A stretch of 64,000 bases of DNA from Patescibacteria group bacterium (GTDB lineage: Bacteria; Patescibacteriota; Minisyncoccia; Moranbacterales; DUUL01): NCBI GenBank assembly GCA_034660175.1, contig JAYEIQ010000009.1:9726-73725 (forward strand). The letters run 5' to 3'. How positions within the stretch are numbered: position 1 is the stretch's first letter; every line of letters begins with the position of its first letter. The notes below the pieces were generated by a model. The model made no database searches. It was not told the DNA's origin and saw only the letters and a program-made list of their open reading frames with translations. Of this stretch, positions 58,714-64,000 are shown piece after piece. A program made the translations under genes and the position numbers.

Positions 58714-60267
58714 TTAATTCTTCTTCTTTTCTTTTTTCTTTTCTTCTACTTCAACTGAAGCTGCATAATCTTCAACGTATTTTTTTATCTTTTTTTCAAG
58801 ATCTTTGTCAACTTCTTTTTTCTTCTCAATTTCCTCCAGAACATTTTTTGTGATACTATCAAAATATTTATGTAGACCTTCTTCCCATTGTTTAACATTA
58901 TCAACGTCAATTTCATCGATATACCCATTGGTGAGAGCCCACATGATTACAACTTGGTGTTGCATAGACATTGCTTTGTATTGATCTTGCTTGAGAACTT
59001 CAATTGTTCGATATCCTCGGTCAATTCTCTTTTTTGTTTTCTCATCCAGGTCTGATCCAAACTTTGTAAAAGCTTCTAATTCTCGGAATTGTGCGAGTTC
59101 AAGCTTCACCTTCCCTGCAACTTTTTTCATTGCCTTTGTTTGCGCTGAAGAACCAACACGTGACACGGAAAGTCCAACATTGATCGCTGGTCTAATTCCT
59201 TGATAGAACAAGTCAGCCTCAAGATATATTTGACCATCTGTAATGGAGATAACGTTTGTTGGGATATATGCTGAAATATCACCTGCTTGTGTTTCAATAA
59301 TTGGAAGTGCAGTCAGAGATCCGCCTCCCATTTTCTTGGAAAGTTTGGCGCTTCTTTCGAGAAGTCTGGAGTGCAAATAGAAAACATCTCCAGGATATGC
59401 TTCGCGTCCTGGTGGTCGTCTAAGTAATAAAGAAATTTGTCTATACGCCCAGGCGTGTTTTGACAAATCATCATAAACAACGAGGACATCCTTTCCTTGA
59501 TCCATAAAGTATTCTCCAATTGCGCAACCGGCATATGGTGCGATAAAAGAATAAGCTGCAGGATCAGATGATCCGGCCACAACAACAATTGTGTGGTCCA
59601 ATGCATCATTTTCTTTCAGTTTGGCAACTATTTGTGCAACTTTTGATTTTTTTTGTCCAATTGCAACATAGATACAAATCACATCTTCTCCTTTTTGATT
59701 GATGATTGTGTCAATTCCAATTGCAGTTTTTCCAACTTGTCTATCACCAATAATAAGCTCTCGTTGACCTCGACCAATAGGGATCATTGAATCGATAGCT
59801 TTTATTCCAGTTTGAAGAGGTTGTTTTACTGATTCTCGGGCAAGCACACCTGGTGCAATTTTTTCTATTGGATAGAATTTTTCACTTTGAATTTGTTGTC
59901 TTCCATCAATCTGTTGACCGATTGGGTTGATTACTCTTCCAATCATGGTGTTTGTAACTGGAACAGACAAAATTTTCCCAGTTGAAACAACAATTGTTCC
60001 CTCTTTGATTTTTTCAATATCACCAATAACTATTGCTCCAATTTGATCTTCCTCGAGATTTAAAATTACACCAAAGAGGTCTTCACTATCAGAATCTTTT
60101 TCAATCTCAAACTTGACCATTTCACTCATCATTACTTCATCAAGCCCGGAGATCTTTGCAACTCCGTCCCCAACCTTGATAACTGTACCAACTTTTTTGG
60201 TTTCTGGTGAAGTGTCAGCTTGAGAGATCTGTTTTTTTAGTTGTTGAATAATATAATCCTTGTCCAT
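58714..60267 (-). CDS. atpA: F1 ATP synthase alpha subunit
   Basis: Walker [10 protein letters not shown]; 517 aa. Confidence 0.95.
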   Translation of the reverse strand: MDKDYIIQQLKKQISQADTSPETKKVGTVIKVGDGVAKISGLDEVMMSEMVKFEIEKDSDSEDLFGVILNLEEDQIGAIVIGDIEKIKEGTIVVSTGKILSVPVTNTMIGRVINPIGQQIDGRQQIQSEKFYPIEKIAPGVLARESVKQPLQTGIKAIDSMIPIGRGQRELIIGDRQVGKTAIGIDTIINQKGEDVICIYVAIGQKKSKVAQIVAKLKENDALDHTIVVVAGSSDPAAYSFIAPYAGCAIGEYFMDQGKDVLVVYDDLSKHAWAYRQISLLLRRPPGREAYPGDVFYLHSRLLERSAKLSKKMGGGSLTALPIIETQAGDISAYIPTNVISITDGQIYLEADLFYQGIRPAINVGLSVSRVGSSAQTKAMKKVAGKVKLELAQFRELEAFTKFGSDLDEKTKKRIDRGYRTIEVLKQDQYKAMSMQHQVVIMWALTNGYIDEIDVDNVKQWEEGLHKYFDSITKNVLEEIEKKKEVDKDLEKKIKKYVEDYAASVEVEEKKKEKKKN

Positions 60268-60282
60268 ATTAGTTATGATAAA

Positions 60283-60690
60283 TTATGTTAATGATAATTG
60301 AAGACGACTTAGTTTTGATCTTATAGAACCGTCAATTTCCTCATTTCCAATTTTAACTCTAACCCCACCAATGAGATCTGAGTTCTTTTTTGCTACAAGC
60401 TTAATCTTTTCTTTCGCCATGTCTTTTTTTTGAGAAACAGCGATTTTAATTTTCTCTTTCATTTCTCTATTCAGTTCTTTTGTGCTTTCAACTTCAACAA
60501 GTTCCACGCCACTTTTAGCAAGAATCAATTTCTCAAACTCTTCTATTATCTTATCAACGCTTGAAATATTATTGTTTCGCTTTATGAGAACTACAAATTT
60601 TTTGATTGAATCATCGAGTTTTTCTTGGTTTTGAGCTTCAAAAGCAAGTTCGTTGAGTAGTTGAGCGTATTGTTTGGGAGAAACTTTCAT
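60283..60690 (-). CDS. atpH: F1 ATP synthase delta (OSCP) subunit, short
   Basis: Position between atpF and atpA; 135-aa helical protein with an OSCP-like N-terminus. Confidence 0.55.
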   Translation of the reverse strand: MKVSPKQYAQLLNELAFEAQNQEKLDDSIKKFVVLIKRNNNISSVDKIIEEFEKLILAKSGVELVEVESTKELNREMKEKIKIAVSQKKDMAKEKIKLVAKKNSDLIGGVRVKIGNEEIDGSIRSKLSRLQLSLT

Positions 60691-60699
60691 TCTTGGTGA

Positions 60700-61194
60700 T
60701 TACTTTATTTCTTTTACAATTTCATCAACCAGATCCTGGTCGTCTTGGTCGATCTTTTTCTTGACTATTTTTTCTGTTGCGAGAGTTACTAGACTCCCGA
60801 TCTCCCTTTTCACTTCTTGGAGCATTTTTTCTTTCTCTAATGAAATTTGAGATTTTGCTCGAACAACAACTTTTTCTGCTTCTTGTCTTGCCTCAGTCAC
60901 AATCATTTCCTTATTCTTCTCTGCCAGTAATTGAGCTTGCTGGATGATTTCTTGCGCTTCTTTTTTCGTCTCTAGTAGTCTTTCCTGTGTATCTTTTTCT
61001 GTGTTTTCCAGGTTTTGCTGTGCTTTTTTTGCATCATCAAGACCTTTCTGAATCACATCGCTTCGATCATTCATGTGTTTGAGCAGTGGTTTGTATGCAA
61101 ACTTGAACAGAACGAAAACAACAATTGCAAAATTGACTGCCTGAGCTATAAGTAGCTTGATGTCAATGTGAAATGTTCTTACTAATTCTTCCAT
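60700..61194 (-). CDS. atpF: Fo ATP synthase subunit b
   Basis: Single N-terminal transmembrane helix followed by a long charged helix; operon position. Confidence 0.75.
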   Translation of the reverse strand: MEELVRTFHIDIKLLIAQAVNFAIVVFVLFKFAYKPLLKHMNDRSDVIQKGLDDAKKAQQNLENTEKDTQERLLETKKEAQEIIQQAQLLAEKNKEMIVTEARQEAEKVVVRAKSQISLEKEKMLQEVKREIGSLVTLATEKIVKKKIDQDDQDLVDEIVKEIK

Positions 61195-61271
61195 GATGGT
61201 TGGATTGTTATCTTTTTACTAATAGCCTTCTTATTGTGATTTTGTGAATGTCACAAAACCACAGAAAAACG

Positions 61272-61556
<285 letters not shown>

Positions 61557-61637
61557 TTATTTAACGTCGGTCTTGTCGTAATCACAATTTAAAACTTAAA
61601 TCAAATAGCGTACACGCTTTTCCGTTCAAGTTTCAAA

Positions 61638-62459
61638 TCAATGTTCATGTACAGTTGACATTGTGAAGAAAACTAAAATTAAAATTGAAAAAACAAGCGC
61701 CTGAATGAAACCAACGAGAACCTCCAAAAAAATAAACGGAATTGGCAACAAAAATGCAAAAAGTGCCATCATCGAAACTAAAAGCACTTCTCCTGCAAAA
61801 ATGTTTCCAAAAAGTCGAAAAGCCAGTGATGCAATTTTTGCAATCTCTCCCACAATTTCAATAAGACCCACGAAAGCCTTGATTGGATTTACCAAGATGA
61901 CGCTTTTGTCTTTTCCAAACTCTTTTGGGATGTCCAAGAGGGACTGGAGATTAATGAATCTGTTAATATGATTCCATGCTCCGATCATCATTATTCCCAA
62001 AACATGAGAAGCAATTACGGTGACAAGAGCTAGGGCTAGTGTGGTGTTTAGGTCAGCTGTTGCACCACGAAAAAGGGGCACGAAAATATTGTGCCCATCA
62101 TGATTTTCCACAAATCCGATAGTCCCAATTCCTGGAATGATACCAAGCCAATTATTAACCAAAATGAAAAGGAAAAGACCAAGAACAAGCGGGAGAAATT
62201 TTTCAGATTTTTTTCGATCTGCCGTGATTGAATCCGAAAATTTTAATGTTCCTTCAAGAATAATTTCAAAAAAATTCTGAATTCCTTTTGGTACTTTTTT
62301 GATCTTTTTTCCTGCGGCAACAAAAAACAGCACCAGAATAAGTACTGCCAACAAGCTATTGAGATATGAATTAGTGACAACAAAGTTGCCAATTTCTCCA
62401 ATTGGTTCGGCGAAAAGAGTTATCTCGTGTTGAATATGTTGATCTTCTTGATTGGTCAT
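61638..62459 (-). CDS. atpB: Fo ATP synthase subunit a
   Basis: Conserved Arg in FRLFGNIFAGE and polytopic topology. Confidence 0.85.
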   Translation of the reverse strand: MTNQEDQHIQHEITLFAEPIGEIGNFVVTNSYLNSLLAVLILVLFFVAAGKKIKKVPKGIQNFFEIILEGTLKFSDSITADRKKSEKFLPLVLGLFLFILVNNWLGIIPGIGTIGFVENHDGHNIFVPLFRGATADLNTTLALALVTVIASHVLGIMMIGAWNHINRFINLQSLLDIPKEFGKDKSVILVNPIKAFVGLIEIVGEIAKIASLAFRLFGNIFAGEVLLVSMMALFAFLLPIPFIFLEVLVGFIQALVFSILILVFFTMSTVHEH

Positions 62460-62571
62460 TAGTCAAGACAACAAATTAATCAAAATTACACCCAACATTA
62501 ACCCCATCCCTCTGAGAAATAAAGGGTTTAAACAAAAGACCCAAAAGTCCCATAGAAAATAATCCAAATAA

Positions 62572-62865
62572 CTAAAGAAACTTGCTCTTCTTATTTTTCG
62601 CCCTGATCTTTCTTCCTTGTTGCTCCATGCTTTTTATTGATTTCGTTGTCTCTTTCACGATTCCAATAGAAGAAATGATAAAAGCTGCCCCTACTGTTGT
62701 CAAGAATAACCATGGTTCGGAGTTATATTTTTCATCAAGCCATTTTCCCAAAAAAAGAGCGATGATTATTGGTCCACTAATCCATCCGCTGAGTCTTCCA
62801 AATAGAACCATGTTTGGTTGCCACCATATTGTTTCTTTGTCGTCATTATTCGAAGAACTCTGCAT
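62572..62865 (-). CDS. AtpZ/AtpI-like small membrane protein of the atp operon
   Basis: 97 aa with 2 transmembrane helices (GWISGPIIIALFLGKWLDEKY..LFLTTVGAAFIISSIG), first gene of the operon. Confidence 0.55.
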   Translation of the reverse strand: MQSSSNNDDKETIWWQPNMVLFGRLSGWISGPIIIALFLGKWLDEKYNSEPWLFLTTVGAAFIISSIGIVKETTKSIKSMEQQGRKIRAKNKKSKFL

Positions 62866-62934
62866 AAATAAAGCACTTATACATTAAAATAGTATACTCT
62901 AAAATTCTTAAATGTCAACTTAATTTGACATTTT

Positions 62935-64000
62935 TTATTTCAAAAGCGAGATTATTTCTTTAGCAATTTGCTCAGTTGCGTCTGGATGATAAAACTTGGC
63001 AATTCCAGCTTCAACCTTTTCTCGAATTTTTGGATTTTCAATCAATTCATCAATTTTGTGCATCAGAATGTTTTTTTTGAAGTTGTCTTCCTCGAGAACG
63101 ATTGCTCCTCCTGCCTTTGAAACTTCAAAGGCATTAATTCTTTGGTGATCATTTGCACTTTCCTTTATTGGAACTAAAATACTGGCTTTTCTGTTTGCAG
63201 CTAATTCTGAAATTGCTGTTGATCCAGCTCTGGAAACAACAACATCAGCAAGCGCTAGCACATCTTTAAGCTCATCTTTTAAGAAAGCCATCGGAAAATA
63301 ATCACTGTGTTCAATTTTATAACCTTTTCTTTGAGCTTCTCTGACAGCATGATTGTAGTGAGATTTTCCAGTTTGATGTATAACTTGATATTTTTCCAGA
63401 AGTTCATCGAGATATTCCAAAACTCTATCGTTTATTATTTTTGCACCTTGTGAACCTCCAACAAAAAAAACTGTTGGTTTAAATTCTTTATGCAAGTTAA
63501 GAGTGTCTCGTCCTCTTTGACGATCTCCATTCACAACCTCCATTCTAACTGGGTTTCCAGTTGTGATTGTGCGAGGAGAAGGAAAATACATTCTCGCTCT
63601 TTCAAAGGTGATCGCAATTTTGTTTGAAATTGAGCCAAGAAACTTATTGGCGAGACCAGGAATTGCATCTGATTCATGAATCAGAACAGGAATTCCATAG
63701 AGTCTTGCCGCAGAAACAACAGGAACAGAAGCAAAACCTCCCTTGGCAAAAACTGCATCGGGCATATACCACAAAAGATGCCACAAAGCCTGGATGAAAC
63801 CTATTGGAATTTTCAAAAGATCTGTTATGTATTGGGCAGAGGCATAGCGACGCAATTTTCCACACTTGATGTTCTTTTGTGAAATTTGATTGGCATCCAT
63901 AACTTCTTTTTCAAGTTCGCCAACTGGGCCCACAAATAAAAAATCAATCTTTTCTTCCCCTCCGTGAATTTCCCTTATTTTTTTTGCAACTGTTGTGAGT
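62935..64000 (-). CDS. murG: MurG (UDP-GlcNAc:lipid I GlcNAc transferase), 5-prime end outside window
   Basis: GGFASVPVVSAARLYGIPVLIHESDAIPGLANKF (the GGY..P...AA...IP..HEQN motif). The frame stays open upstream of the ORF-track GTG at 63933, up to the window edge. Confidence 0.8.
   Translation of the reverse strand, partial: LTTVAKKIREIHGGEEKIDFLFVGPVGELEKEVMDANQISQKNIKCGKLRRYASAQYITDLLKIPIGFIQALWHLLWYMPDAVFAKGGFASVPVVSAARLYGIPVLIHESDAIPGLANKFLGSISNKIAITFERARMYFPSPRTITTGNPVRMEVVNGDRQRGRDTLNLHKEFKPTVFFVGGSQGAKIINDRVLEYLDELLEKYQVIHQTGKSHYNHAVREAQRKGYKIEHSDYFPMAFLKDELKDVLALADVVVSRAGSTAISELAANRKASILVPIKESANDHQRINAFEVSKAGGAIVLEEDNFKKNILMHKIDELIENPKIREKVEAGIAKFYHPDATEQIAKEIISLLK

Noticed and set aside
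62935-63933. Treating ORF-track GTG at 63933 as the murG start
   Set aside because: The reading frame stays open upstream to the window edge and the translated upstream residues (..EEKIDFLFVG..) continue the MurG N-domain. The gene is therefore 5-prime truncated by the window, not starting at 63933.

Overview
The window is 64 kb of low-GC bacterial chromosome. It uses the standard genetic code: TGA, TAA and TAG all terminate well-supported genes. Genes are compact, overlapping and small. That gene content fits a CPR/Patescibacteria-like or similar reduced Gram-positive-type organism, but this is an inference. No CRISPR array, transposase, integrase or recognisable phage gene was found.

Layout:
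- (i) 1-20.8 kb, housekeeping: a RecJ C-terminal fragment, then tRNA-Glu(CUC) preceded by two tandem 95-bp tRNA-like mini-elements. Next come a trans-prenyl diphosphate synthase with UppS, TrxA/TrxB, malic enzyme, L9, CTP synthase, L27 and archaeal-type UMP kinase. A small accessory islet follows (AbrB/MazE-like ORF, palindromes, degraded partner). After it lie a split two-gene permease, an orphan Cas4-like Fe-S PD-(D/E)XK nuclease, signal peptidase I and a PcsB-like coiled-coil plus papain-like hydrolase. GltX, a NUDIX hydrolase, WecG/TagA, an AI-2E transporter and an M16 peptidase close the segment.
- (ii) 20.8-55.8 kb, a very large cell-envelope glycan locus: the complete dTDP-rhamnose pathway (rmlACB plus rmlD) and many GT2 and GT4 glycosyltransferases. 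It also holds two Dpm1/GtrB-like polyprenyl-phosphate sugar synthases (one fused to GtrA), a Wzx-like flippase, a nucleotide-sugar dehydrogenase, a DUF4012 protein and an O-antigen-ligase-like membrane protein. There are four GT-C (GT39/ArnT/PMT-like) membrane glycosyltransferases plus a possible YfhO-like fifth. Three of the GT-C paralogs end in a conserved W[KR]D[LV]F tail. A duplicated module pairs a GT-C with a membrane-anchored calcineurin-like phosphoesterase, and one phosphoesterase copy carries about 7 beta-propeller-like repeats. An RtcB RNA ligase, an MFS transporter remnant interrupted by an in-frame TAG, and a dTMP-kinase-like P-loop protein also lie in this locus.
- (iii) 55.8-64 kb: a complete F1Fo ATP synthase operon (atpZ-B-E-F-H-A-G-D-C, minus strand) and a 5-prime-truncated murG.
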